Positions 21,001 to 29,557 of a stretch of 64,000 nucleotides of DNA are shown here, in pieces; the first letter of the stretch is position 1; every line of letters starts with the position of its first letter. The notes under the pieces are model-generated. The model saw only the letters and a program-made list of their open reading frames with translations. It did not search any database and was not told the origin of the DNA. A program made the translations under genes and the position numbers. Origin of the DNA: an uncultured Gammaproteobacteria bacterium (lineage in GTDB: Bacteria > Patescibacteriota > Patescibacteriia > Magasanikbacterales > GWA2-37-8). The stretch covers positions 14,582 to 78,581 of the forward strand of contig CAZUFD010000002.1 in the NCBI GenBank assembly GCA_964619625.1, given 5' to 3'.

Positions 21001-23083
21001 CTGCTTGGTTGCCAATTCTAAGAGTACCAGTTTGTCCAGACGCGCCGTACCGATTAAGATGCAGCTGAGTATTAGAGTCGCTTGCTAGATTAAGAAGCGC
21101 TCCCGGACTTGAAGTGCCGATACCAACCCTGCCATTGGCCATAACTTTTAGGATGCTAGAAGAGGCGGCGGAATCAATGCTAAATATAGAAGATGTGGAA
21201 CCGGTAGAAGATGCAAAAATAGACAAAGCTCCTTGCGACATTATCCCCCCTGCTCCGGCCATAAGCGAAGTCCCGGCCATAATATTGCCTTGAGCTAAAA
21301 TATCATTTCTAGACTGAAGATTACCGACTTCAGCAGAGTGAGCAATAAGGCTGCTTACTTCGGTACCGGAGATGTCTAAGATAGATATTGTATTTGAACC
21401 ATAATTGGCTACATAAATATACCGGCCGGAGACAAAAATAGAATAAGGATTTGTGCCGACAGGCACCGTGGCAATATGGCTAGGAGCCGATGAGCTGGAT
21501 ACATCTACGATAGAAATATTGGCCGAACCCCAATTTGATACATAGGCATAGCGGCCGGAGACATAGATAGCTGTGGGGCTAGTACCAACAGGAACGGTAG
21601 CGATCTGAACGGGAACAGCGGGATTGGAAACATCAACAACAGATACCGTCGCTCCAGAAAAATTCGCCACATAGGCATAGCGGCCGGAAACATATACGCC
21701 TCGCGGATTAGATCCTACCGACACAGTGGCAATTTCAACGGGAGTTGCGGGATTGGAAACATCCACAACCGACATGGTATTTCCAAGATAATTTGCCACA
21801 TAGGCATAGCGGCCGGAAACATAGACTGAACGAGGGCTGTTGCCCACGGAAGTCGTAGCTATTTGAACGGGAGTATATGGATTGGAAACATCAACAACAG
21901 AGATGGTGTTAGAGGTGTGATTTACCACATAAGCATAATGGCCGGAAACATAAATTGTGGTAGGTTGCGCTTCTACAGCCACGCTAGAAAGTTTTCTAGG
22001 GGAAGAAGGATTGGAGATATCAACAACTGAAACCGTGTTGGAAGTATAGTTAGCAACATAGAGATAACGGCCGGAAACAAAAGTGGAAATAGGGTTAGTA
22101 TCTACAGAAGTGGTGGCAATCTGAACGGGAACAGATGGATTGGAAACATCCACAATGGAAATAGTATTAGAATCATAATTAGCTACATAGAGATACTTAC
22201 CGGAAACAAAGAGCCCTCGCGGCACCGAACCCACGGTCACAGTAGAAATTTGAGAGATGGAAGAGGTGTTGCTACGATCTAAAATATTAGAAACATTTCC
22301 TACGACTGATAATTTTTGCGTGGGGGTAGTTGTGCCAATACCAACTAAACTGGTTGGGGTGATAAACAAAGTGGAAGTACCCGTTAAAGCAGTGCCATTA
22401 GAGGCATAATAAGGAAATTGTCCAGCGGTGCCGCTGTTAACTGTGCCGGAACCAAAGGTGGTACTATTTATCCAAACCGGCCTGCCCGCGCCGGCTGACA
22501 TAAGGAAATAACCAAGGGTTCCAACTTCGGTAGCGTTGTATCTAGTGCCATCGGAATAAATTATTGAACCATTGGCGGCAATGGTGGATGAATTTGTACC
22601 GCCATACGCAACACCAACAACGCTTCCGTTCCAAGTGCCGGAAGCTATGGTATTAAAATAGGCGTTACTTAAAAAGTATATTTTATTAGCAAAGGTAGTC
22701 GTAGCACCACTTGTGGAACTAACTGTAAGCGCCCCGTCCGTACCTACGTTTAAAGCCGTATAGTTGGTTGAGTCATAAGCAAAACGCAAAGAAGATGTGC
22801 CCATGGTAATGGCAGTATTCCCGGTAAGCGTGGTGGTAAGCGGCGGATAAACGGTACAATTTGTATCCCCTGGCGAACAGCTTGGATCGGTAGTTTCTCC
22901 GGGCGCGTAAGGGGTGGTGGGCGGACTAGCGAAAGCGGGGTAAAAATAATAAAAAACCATTATTAGGCCAACAAAAATTGAGGATACGGTTATAACCCCA
23001 CTGACAAGTTTGCCTGGTTTTTTCACGCGAGAGTCTATGTAAACTTTCGCGGAAAATAAATTTTTTTCTTTCCGATATCTCAT
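18074..23083 (-). CDS. Giant surface fibre/adhesin: TM, LVIVD/YVTN-type propeller, VGIGT.SP repeats, C-terminal intramolecular-chaperone-like domain
   Basis: N-terminal TM; about 7 repeats V.G..P..VYVSGRYAYVAN...N.ISVVDVS.P; repeated GRVGIGTSSP; LDIAETY..GVISENPG..PVALGGRVPVKV..GDYLTSS. Confidence 0.8.
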   Translation of the reverse strand: MRYRKEKNLFSAKVYIDSRVKKPGKLVSGVITVSSIFVGLIMVFYYFYPAFASPPTTPYAPGETTDPSCSPGDTNCTVYPPLTTTLTGNTAITMGTSSLRFAYDSTNYTALNVGTDGALTVSSTSGATTTFANKIYFLSNAYFNTIASGTWNGSVVGVAYGGTNSSTIAANGSIIYSDGTRYNATEVGTLGYFLMSAGAGRPVWINSTTFGSGTVNSGTAGQFPYYASNGTALTGTSTLFITPTSLVGIGTTTPTQKLSVVGNVSNILDRSNTSSISQISTVTVGSVPRGLFVSGKYLYVANYDSNTISIVDVSNPSVPVQIATTSVDTNPISTFVSGRYLYVANYTSNTVSVVDISNPSSPRKLSSVAVEAQPTTIYVSGHYAYVVNHTSNTISVVDVSNPYTPVQIATTSVGNSPRSVYVSGRYAYVANYLGNTMSVVDVSNPATPVEIATVSVGSNPRGVYVSGRYAYVANFSGATVSVVDVSNPAVPVQIATVPVGTSPTAIYVSGRYAYVSNWGSANISIVDVSSSSAPSHIATVPVGTNPYSIFVSGRYIYVANYGSNTISILDISGTEVSSLIAHSAEVGNLQSRNDILAQGNIMAGTSLMAGAGGIMSQGALSIFASSTGSTSSIFSIDSAASSSILKVMANGRVGIGTSSPGALLNLASDSNTQLHLNRYGASGQTGTLRIGNQAGLIANSRGGINNGVLRNDGVLHLTRNLVYNSGDWELEAADTGGLLEVGNEGISLWTSASAAAGTKNLGIILMARDDGDLVIPAKVGIGVPYNDSTVTTPLYVQGNTSEIIRSVRTSTFTNVAPTGLRLAQNSSNSSLADGFGMVMQFAIDSPSISETAIAEIGGIRSGGNTSGALVFNTYDAGVNTEKLRITPSGQIGINSSSPVASLSLQGTSTVNIVEIASSTGASLFRINKDGNIGIGSSTPTTALTIGGTGALSFGNIPATTGAIRLENNTGIYGRRADNAADIGLLSLNTSNQVIIGAFASTVLLSTDLGFSSDNTYDIGGGTRSPRHIFARSNMAAGTSTAIARLTVQGDGTANPFSVVTNTAAASSMFTILTNGRVGINTSSPIAMLSVQGTDGINPFSINSSTGESLLNILTNGNVGISSSSPQYTLGVQGYISGTRVYTGNPSVYFASDSGGITVNGGYLYANGSGNSFYVQNKANFRGTIANDSAGYLTIVGGTSSSTYFNSTIGINTTSPLAKLDIWGAGNTSSTVSVNVHSASGTSTFKIDDAGNAFFANDGVYYEASSSVTYVNSLETGPLNFDDNAGMVTWVDMTVSSTVVGTPNSYTAAINDNPMLMIYAESNGSGGIANQTISINTSTTSTYKLYIDAGASTTAGLGVNGFIKASGYIAGTTTLDIAETYPLDPECEANGNCPTYGEVVCSGEDASSTPFIKKCSVAYADNILGVISENPGFILGGYDVSNVRIKGLYPTSFRPVALGGRVPVKVSNANGIVKEGDYLTSSAEPGLAVKATEPGRVIGIALQSMEENAAIGTVTMFVNPHWSAGSLTEEQIGVDLPNFAQVVLDKFTLAVKNSLRKLGLAIKNGIATVKELFADKVTTQQLCVGNTCVNEQQLQDILNRTNVQAAQPNPTPSASDNNSNIEVVSTNTTTVSAAEPAPSSTPGTVENLTATPSSTSVVSSSVSEVVTTTP
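21370..22260 (-). repeat. Intragenic ~132-nt (44-aa) tandem repeats encoding propeller blades
   Basis: Recurrent GCCACATAGGCATAGCGGCCGGAAACATA and GGATTGGAAACATC at ~132-nt spacing. Confidence 0.85.
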
Positions 23084-23126
23084 AGGCCGTCTCCTGTTTA
23101 ATTATACCACATTTTCAGACTTCGCC

Positions 23127-23504
23127 TTACTGCATTATGTAAATTTTATCTACCAGCATTCCCAATAATTCTTTTACATTAACTTGCGCCTCCGTTTCAT
23201 TGCCGCTATTTACGAATTTTTGCCACTGCGCCAAAATTTCCGGATCATTATATTCTTCGTTTAGCCCCCGTACCGCATTTTCCAATTTTAACCGAGTTTC
23301 AAAATCAACTTCTTTATCCGATTTTATAACTAATTTAATAAACATTTTCAGAAAATCCATATATTTAGAACGGTACTGCTGCGAAGACAAAATTACCTTC
23401 GTGCCTTCCAATTCTTTCTTTGCTTGCAAATACAAACTGGCAAATAAAACATTTGTCCCAAACAGTACCAAGAAAATTACAACCCAAAACGCTTTTGATT
23501 TCAT
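23127..23504 (-). CDS. Conserved CPR hypothetical membrane-anchored protein
   Basis: N-terminal TM; VDFETRLKLENAVR..ILAQWQKF. Confidence 0.7.
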   Translation of the reverse strand: MKSKAFWVVIFLVLFGTNVLFASLYLQAKKELEGTKVILSSQQYRSKYMDFLKMFIKLVIKSDKEVDFETRLKLENAVRGLNEEYNDPEILAQWQKFVNSGNETEAQVNVKELLGMLVDKIYIMQ

Positions 23505-23590
23505 AATCGCAATGAATGAGTAATAAAATTAAATGCATTTAATTTTATTACGAGTGAATAAGATTATACGGGCTTTAGCCCTTATATAAA
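23502..23590 (-). repeat. Start-codon-abutting structured repeat, family A
   Basis: CATAATCGCAATGAATGAG, perfect 30-bp palindrome 23521-23550, CGAGTGA, then GGGCTTTAGCCC. Confidence 0.75.
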
Positions 23591-23600
23591 TTATGAATAT

Positions 23601-25580
23601 TTATTGATTTATCTGATTAGTTAAATTATTATTTTGTTTTTTGTTTCTTCGGTGATCCCTGTAAAAATTAAATAGGAGCAGCATTATTACTACAAATAAT
23701 AACGTGGTTTTCCAATCCAAAATTTTGAGCCACCACAACTCTGATTTCAATTCTATGTTCATATGCACTCCCCCTCCATTATCTACTGAAAACGGTTCGG
23801 TTACAAACTCTTTATACCCCTTGGCTTCTACTTTTATATAGTAAGTTCCACCCGGCACCAAGAAAGAATAGTTGCCGCTTACGCCGGTAATTTGAGGATT
23901 TTCTTGCTGAAATTCTTTGGCCGGCCACTCTGCGTATGAATTATTACTGGTATTTAAGTTATAAATAGTTACTTTGGCATTTGGAATTCTCAACTCTTTA
24001 TCGCCGATTTTTTCATATATATATCCTTCCGGATCTATAACCGTAATCAGGCGAATTTGCTTTGTGCCAAGTTCCGGATCTTCATAGTCAATCACGGTAA
24101 TAATTTCATATTCTCCGGCTGGAATCGGCGATACAATATCGGCTGTATATAGCCCGTCGCCATCCGGGTCTGTGTATTCAAACTCCAATAAAACCAACTT
24201 TTCTTCTACCGATACCGGCTGTGTTTGTTCGTAAGCAAAAGCCGGCTCGGCAAATAAAATTGAATGTATCAAACTAGACAGCGGCATTTCGGTCCTGGCT
24301 TGCGGTTTTTGCGACCTAAAAACCAAATACCCTTTTATACTCTTTACCGGATAATCCGGCCGCATCACGAGCTGCAGCTGCTTGCCGGAAACTGTGGAAA
24401 TTTTTTGCTCCGGACGCCCTTTATTTGTTAAAGATAAAGCAATTTTAAAGTCTACCAACTGCCCGGCAGTACGGGCAAAAATTATATTTGACGGCAATTT
24501 ATCCTTTATACTTTCGGATAAATCCGTTACCGGAATTGCTTTTTCAGCGCCAAATTCACTGGTTTTTATTTCCGGATTATTAAAACCGGCCGTACGAGTT
24601 AAGCCCGGCAAATATAGTTGCGCGGTTTTTACTTTTTCCAAATCGCTCAAGCGTTTTACACCCACTTTTTGCAAAATGCCGCGTACTTGGGGAAATTTAT
24701 TTTCTAAAGCCAAAAATTCTTTTGGCAGCGGCGCGAACACGAACCTGTCTACCGGAGGCTTTAAATAAGCAAAGGTATTCCTAAAAACCAAGGGAGTTTC
24801 TCTGGCTACAAATTTTTCAATCGGAATCTTATTATCTACAGCTGGCGGCCTAAACCACTTTGGCAGCCAAAGCTTTGCTTCGGAATATAATTTGGCGAGC
24901 GGCGGGGCCAATTTTTCAATTGGGAATATTTTGGCAATAACTGGTTTAATCGCTTCTTTAACTTTTTCAATTATCTTGCCGACTGTGGGCGCAGTTGGTT
25001 TAGGGGCTACTAGCGTGGTGGTAGCCGGAACAGTGGTGGTAGAAATTGGCAAGGTGGTGGTGACGGTAGTGGTTACAACAGCGGCTCCAGAACCACCAGA
25101 GGCTGTGACGGGAAACGCAGTGCCGTTACTTTGCTGCCCACTGCTCCTGGCGCTTGCCGGGCGCCAGTCGGTTTGCACCAAACAATTCGCGCAGCTAAAA
25201 TTTATGGCGCCCGTATTATCGCCCGTGGCAGTACCGGAAAACACGCCGTTTGAATTTATAGTTACGCCGGAAAAATTTATCCAGCCAATGTTTGCTCCCC
25301 AAGCGCTTCCGGACAAAACACCTTCTCCGTTATTGGTAACACCGCTCGTTGTTGGGTTTAATTTTATCCATCCATATAGGTCGCTCCAGGCATGGCCCGT
25401 GAGTCCGGCATCCGTAACATGTACATTGCCGTTTGTAGCGGCAAACTTTATCCAGCCAATGTTTGCGCTCCAAGCATTGCCGGTACTAATTGTACCATCT
25501 GTCGTAGACGCAAAAACAGGCTTTGCTAAAAAAAGCGCTGTTAAAAATAATAACAACTTCCACTTTTGCCCTGAAACCAT
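23601..25580 (-). CDS. Surface protein with N-terminal G.AW...GWI repeats and carboxypeptidase-regulatory-like (Cna/Ig) domain, C-terminal TM
   Basis: GNAWSANIGWI-type repeat x3; DPEGYIY..NPQITG..G.YSFLVP.GTYY; signal peptide and C-terminal TM. Confidence 0.75.
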   Translation of the reverse strand: MVSGQKWKLLLFLTALFLAKPVFASTTDGTISTGNAWSANIGWIKFAATNGNVHVTDAGLTGHAWSDLYGWIKLNPTTSGVTNNGEGVLSGSAWGANIGWINFSGVTINSNGVFSGTATGDNTGAINFSCANCLVQTDWRPASARSSGQQSNGTAFPVTASGGSGAAVVTTTVTTTLPISTTTVPATTTLVAPKPTAPTVGKIIEKVKEAIKPVIAKIFPIEKLAPPLAKLYSEAKLWLPKWFRPPAVDNKIPIEKFVARETPLVFRNTFAYLKPPVDRFVFAPLPKEFLALENKFPQVRGILQKVGVKRLSDLEKVKTAQLYLPGLTRTAGFNNPEIKTSEFGAEKAIPVTDLSESIKDKLPSNIIFARTAGQLVDFKIALSLTNKGRPEQKISTVSGKQLQLVMRPDYPVKSIKGYLVFRSQKPQARTEMPLSSLIHSILFAEPAFAYEQTQPVSVEEKLVLLEFEYTDPDGDGLYTADIVSPIPAGEYEIITVIDYEDPELGTKQIRLITVIDPEGYIYEKIGDKELRIPNAKVTIYNLNTSNNSYAEWPAKEFQQENPQITGVSGNYSFLVPGGTYYIKVEAKGYKEFVTEPFSVDNGGGVHMNIELKSELWWLKILDWKTTLLFVVIMLLLFNFYRDHRRNKKQNNNLTNQINQ

Positions 25581-25631
25581 ACTGGGTCAGAATAATCCCA
25601 AGATACAACTTAACCTACTTAAATTGTAGCA

Positions 25632-25708
25632 CAATTTCTAAGGATGAGCTAAATATGAAAACTTGTTTTCATATTTACGAGGCCTGACGAAATTGCAAAG
25701 CTCTGCTT
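25632..25708. repeat. Structured intergenic repeat, family B (copy 1)
   Basis: CAATTTC-TAA-GG-ATGA..[AT hairpin]..GAGG-CC-TGAC-GAAATTG..AAGCTCTGCTT; same layout at 54783. Confidence 0.7.
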
Positions 25709-25725
25709 CCATTTAAGATTGTTTT

Positions 25726-26301
25726 TTAACCACCGACTTGAGGCGCAGTTACCTTGGCGGCGCTAACAAAACAACTTCGACAAACCGGCTGGTAGGTAAA
25801 GGTACCATCGTCCGGTATAACCGGCGGCATACCACCGGTTAAAGGCACGCCTTTTTTAAAAACTTGCGAGTAAACTGCGACCGGCTGGCGACAAAGTTCG
25901 CAAACAGCGCGTTTATATTTAACTTCTTTCGGGCCAAGTTCTAGCAAACCTTTTACAATATCAAACATGTTGCCTTTGTAATCTATATCCAAGCCAGCCG
26001 CTACCACTTTTACGCCCCTGTTTAACAACTCCGCTACTACGGCCACATCTTTTGGATCAAACATGTGCAGCTCGTCTATCCCAATAACTGATAAATTTTT
26101 ATTTAAAGCATCAGAGAGGCTGTCAACTTTTTTTGCTTCAATAATCACACCGTTTCGTGAAGAAATATGCTCGTCTCGGACATTGCGCGATGATTGATAT
26201 AACACAAAGGGGATATCGGTATATTTAAGCGGCGCGAAATGACTAATTAAATCAAAAGATTTTCCACTCTTCATCGGTCCCAGAATTAATGTTAAGTCCA
26301 T
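25726..26301 (-). CDS. tdk: Thymidine kinase
   Basis: GPMKSGKS, IGIDELHMF, AGLDIDY, CELC..CRSC zinc site. Confidence 0.93.
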   Translation of the reverse strand: MDLTLILGPMKSGKSFDLISHFAPLKYTDIPFVLYQSSRNVRDEHISSRNGVIIEAKKVDSLSDALNKNLSVIGIDELHMFDPKDVAVVAELLNRGVKVVAAGLDIDYKGNMFDIVKGLLELGPKEVKYKRAVCELCRQPVAVYSQVFKKGVPLTGGMPPVIPDDGTFTYQPVCRSCFVSAAKVTAPQVGG

Positions 26302-26506
26302 ACTAATATATAAATTTGAATTTGTTTCGAATTTCGATATTGCAATTTATCATCAACATTATACCACGCTTAGATTATTTTCAAAATTAAAATTCGTTTA
26401 AAAAAATTAACGAGCCGGTTCCCGCGACTGCGAGAAACGACTCTTAATGTACCTACCCCAACCCTTAATCTTTTCTACTCTTTCAGCCCCTTCGTAGCAA
26501 CCGATC

Positions 26507-27433
26507 TTAGAAGTTAAGTTTTGCGGTTAGGTCTGCCCCCCAGACCCAATCCTCTTGGCCAAACTTCCCCCAGAGAACCCTTGTTGAGAGACTCCATCTT
26601 TCTCCCCCAACCCGCGCTTCCGGCGTAGCCCCAACAAGATGAATATTCTCTCGCAGCTTTTGCAGAATTCGCTCAGAGTCAATGAAGCTATGCTTCAAAG
26701 CCAGCTCTGCAACATCATCAGGAATGATATTGCCGCCAGGCCGCAGAATCCCCCATTCAAACCCCAAACCCAGATGAAGGTTCCGGTTCACTTCCAGCTC
26801 GCCCTTGACCCTGAACTTCCAGGAGTTCAAGTAAACACCCAGCCTGACATGATCATTGGCGAATCCGGAAAAGTCGGAAAAGCTATCTCGGGTAGCAAAT
26901 CCCAACCAATCCACTCGCCACGAGTCTACATCAAGCTCCTGCCTCACAACCTCTGCCCAAACACTCCCTTTGCCAAGGCGCCAATCGCCCAGGCAACGGT
27001 GAAACAGGCACCAATTGCTGAGGTTCAGGTTCCAGTTTCCGAGGTCCCTGCCCACTCCGATCAAGGTCTCAAACCCCTGGGCGGTTGCAGACAAATTCCC
27101 CATCCATCTGTAATCCCAGTGAGACAACTTGTAGTCTTCGGAGCGAAGACCTTCGGCGAACTTCACCTTCCAATTACCGTGCTGGTAACCGCACTCAAAC
27201 CCCCAAGCTCTGGCACGAAAGGCAAGTCTATTGTCACCCTTGGTATTGCTGTGCGAAAAGCCGGTCAGCAACTCCCAACGGGTATAGATCCCACACAACA
27301 CATCGTGGTGTGGCGCTGGCTCAACCAGCTCCGGCGGTGCGCGCTCCTGCTTTGGCTCATCGGCCATTGCCGAAGTCGTGTACCACGTAATACAAACTAC
27401 CAGTAGAAGCCCTGCAAGAATACGAATGTGCAT
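26507..27433 (-). CDS. Secreted hypothetical protein with outer-membrane beta-barrel-like pattern
   Basis: Signal peptide (AMA-D); Trp-rich amphipathic strands; ends WGADLTAKLNF; GC-richer than flanks; SD TAAGGGGGGA. Confidence 0.6.
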   Translation of the reverse strand: MHIRILAGLLLVVCITWYTTSAMADEPKQERAPPELVEPAPHHDVLCGIYTRWELLTGFSHSNTKGDNRLAFRARAWGFECGYQHGNWKVKFAEGLRSEDYKLSHWDYRWMGNLSATAQGFETLIGVGRDLGNWNLNLSNWCLFHRCLGDWRLGKGSVWAEVVRQELDVDSWRVDWLGFATRDSFSDFSGFANDHVRLGVYLNSWKFRVKGELEVNRNLHLGLGFEWGILRPGGNIIPDDVAELALKHSFIDSERILQKLRENIHLVGATPEARVGGERWSLSTRVLWGKFGQEDWVWGADLTAKLNF

Positions 27434-27504
27434 GGACTTGTTCCCCCCTTATATTCTAAGGTAGACCTTATATTAATTTATGTCAAATATAAAAAGAAGA
27501 TAAA

Positions 27505-28038
27505 TTAGTTGTAAAAGTTAGAATACTTTTGTCTAAACTTTGCGAGCTTTGGAGCGATGACTGCCTGGCAATAGGCATGATCCGGATTTTTTTTAAAATA
27601 ATTTTGATGATAACTTTCCGCTTCGTAAAATTTCTCGAGCGGCAATACTTCGGTTACAAAAGGATCATCGTATGCTTTAGCTTGGGACAGTTCCGCAATT
27701 ATTTTTTCGGCCGCTTGTTTTTGTATGTCATTTTCATAAAAAATTACGGACCGGTATTGCGTACCAATGTCACTGCCCTGACGATTGCGCGTAGTCGGAT
27801 TATGAATTAAGAAAAAAATATGCAAAATATCATCCAGGGTTATGTGCGCCGGATCATAGGTAATTTTTACCACTTCCGCATGGCCGGTACTGCCGCCGCA
27901 CACTTGTTCATAAGATGGATTTACGGTCGTGCCGCCAGCATATCCCGAAACTGCCGATACTACTCCTTTGGTATGAGAATAGGCCGCTTCCACGCACCAA
28001 AAACAACCTCCGCCTAACACAATTGATTCTGGTTGCAT
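27505..28038 (-). CDS. msrA: Peptide-methionine (S)-S-oxide reductase
   Basis: GGGCFWCVEA, GHAEVV, GTQYRS, AESYHQNY. Confidence 0.97.
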   Translation of the reverse strand: MQPESIVLGGGCFWCVEAAYSHTKGVVSAVSGYAGGTTVNPSYEQVCGGSTGHAEVVKITYDPAHITLDDILHIFFLIHNPTTRNRQGSDIGTQYRSVIFYENDIQKQAAEKIIAELSQAKAYDDPFVTEVLPLEKFYEAESYHQNYFKKNPDHAYCQAVIAPKLAKFRQKYSNFYN

Positions 28039-28100
28039 AAAAATTTTTAACTAAAAATGATTGCCTATATAGCAATCATTTTATCATTTTAATCAATTAT

Positions 28101-29363
28101 TTAATAGCGTCTGCGGAAATTTCTATTTCCACCGCTGCCGCCATGCGGTCGTCTTGGCGGAAAGTTGCCGCGGCGCTGATTTTCTTGTTCTTTAAAGAAA
28201 CTTGGCGCGGCATTGGCTCGGCGAGGCGGCAAAACCGGCAACGCCATAATCGGAATAGTTTTTTTAATGAGTCTTTCAATTTGTCGTATGTCTCCGCGTT
28301 CATCCGGCGAGGCAAAAGAAATAGCCTTGCCTAAATTATCCGCGCGGCCGGTACGGCCAATACGGTGAACATAATCTTCGGAGTTATCCGGTAGATCATA
28401 ATTTATTACAAGCGAGATGCCGGTTACATCAATACCGCGGGAAGCAATATCGGTTGCCACAAGCACTCGGTATTTTCCTCTCTTAAATCCCTCCAGAGCT
28501 TCCTTGCGCTGAGCCAGCGAACGATTAGAGTGGATTTCCGCGGCCGTATGGCCCATGCTGCGCACATTCATATTAATTCTTTTGGCGCCATGTTTAGTGC
28601 GGGAAAAAATCAACACCGAACCATTCGTTTCAGATAAAATTTTATCAAGTAATTGTGTTTTGGCATCTTTGTTTACAATAAACATTTCTTGTTCCACATT
28701 TTTTGAAGAAGTTCCAGCCGGAGCCACTTCAATGCGAAGCGGAATTTTCATATAGCGGCTGGCAATTTCGGCAATCGCTTTCGGCATGGTTGCTGAAAAC
28801 ATTAGCGTCTGTCTGTCGGTTGGCACCATTCCTAAAATTTGTTTGATTTGCGGCATAAAACCAATATCAAACATGCGATCGGCTTCATCAAGCACTACGA
28901 TCTTCATTCTATTTAAAGTTAGATTTCTTTGATCGATATGATCCATTAATCTACCTGGAGTAGAAACTATAATATGCGGACCACGAGCAAGCATCTGTCT
29001 TTGCTGGTAAGCAGAGGCTCCGCCAATAAGAACAGCGGTACGAAGACCCAAGGGGCGGCCGATAGTTTGTAGAACTTGGTCAACCTGCAAGGCAAGTTCA
29101 CGAGTAGGAAGTAAAATTAAACCCTGACCAGGACCTGTCATTTGGGACAAGATTTGGATCATAGGTATACCGAAAGCAAGTGTTTTACCAGTTCCAGTCT
29201 GAGCAATACCAACTATATCTTTGCCCTGCAAAGCTTGCGGTATACATTGGTGCTGAATAGGCGTAGGTACAACAAATTTCAACCTTTCTAGGTTGTCCAA
29301 AAGTTTTGGAGCGATGCCAAGATCGCTAAAACGACCTGGCGCTGGCGTGTTATGTGTCATCAT
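28101..29363 (-). CDS. DEAD-box RNA helicase (RhlE-like)
   Basis: AQTGTGKT, PTRELA, DEAD, SAT, HRIGRTGR; Arg/Gly-rich tail. Confidence 0.96.
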   Translation of the reverse strand: MMTHNTPAPGRFSDLGIAPKLLDNLERLKFVVPTPIQHQCIPQALQGKDIVGIAQTGTGKTLAFGIPMIQILSQMTGPGQGLILLPTRELALQVDQVLQTIGRPLGLRTAVLIGGASAYQQRQMLARGPHIIVSTPGRLMDHIDQRNLTLNRMKIVVLDEADRMFDIGFMPQIKQILGMVPTDRQTLMFSATMPKAIAEIASRYMKIPLRIEVAPAGTSSKNVEQEMFIVNKDAKTQLLDKILSETNGSVLIFSRTKHGAKRINMNVRSMGHTAAEIHSNRSLAQRKEALEGFKRGKYRVLVATDIASRGIDVTGISLVINYDLPDNSEDYVHRIGRTGRADNLGKAISFASPDERGDIRQIERLIKKTIPIMALPVLPPRRANAAPSFFKEQENQRRGNFPPRRPHGGSGGNRNFRRRY

Positions 29364-29469
29364 ATATTGATGTTAGTGACCCGATTAACTTATAGGGCCA
29401 CATAATGACACATAAAGAGATCCGAGTCCTTGGCTTGCTTATAGCTTAGCCATTGATTAATGAAAAATT

Positions 29470-29498
29470 AGTATAACACAAAAACAGTCCTTTGTCAA
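29470..29498 (-). promoter_or_regulatory. Sigma70 promoter of the DEAD-box helicase (~100-nt leader)
   Basis: TTGACA-17nt-TATACT on the minus strand. Confidence 0.75.
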
Positions 29499-29557
29499 CC
29501 CTAGAACATAAAAAGCACGCCAATCGGCATGCTTTTTACTAAAAGTTTAGAAGTTGA

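Noticed and set aside
21370-22260. Regularly spaced DNA repeats suggestive of a CRISPR array or a DGR template/variable pair
   Set aside because: In-frame 44-aa propeller blades; differences are not adenine-specific; no cas or reverse transcriptase gene in the window
26639-27406. 255-aa plus-strand ORF (likewise 24892-25629, 47560-48318, 55059-55592)
   Set aside because: Antisense shadows of better-supported genes; no SD or recognisable motifs
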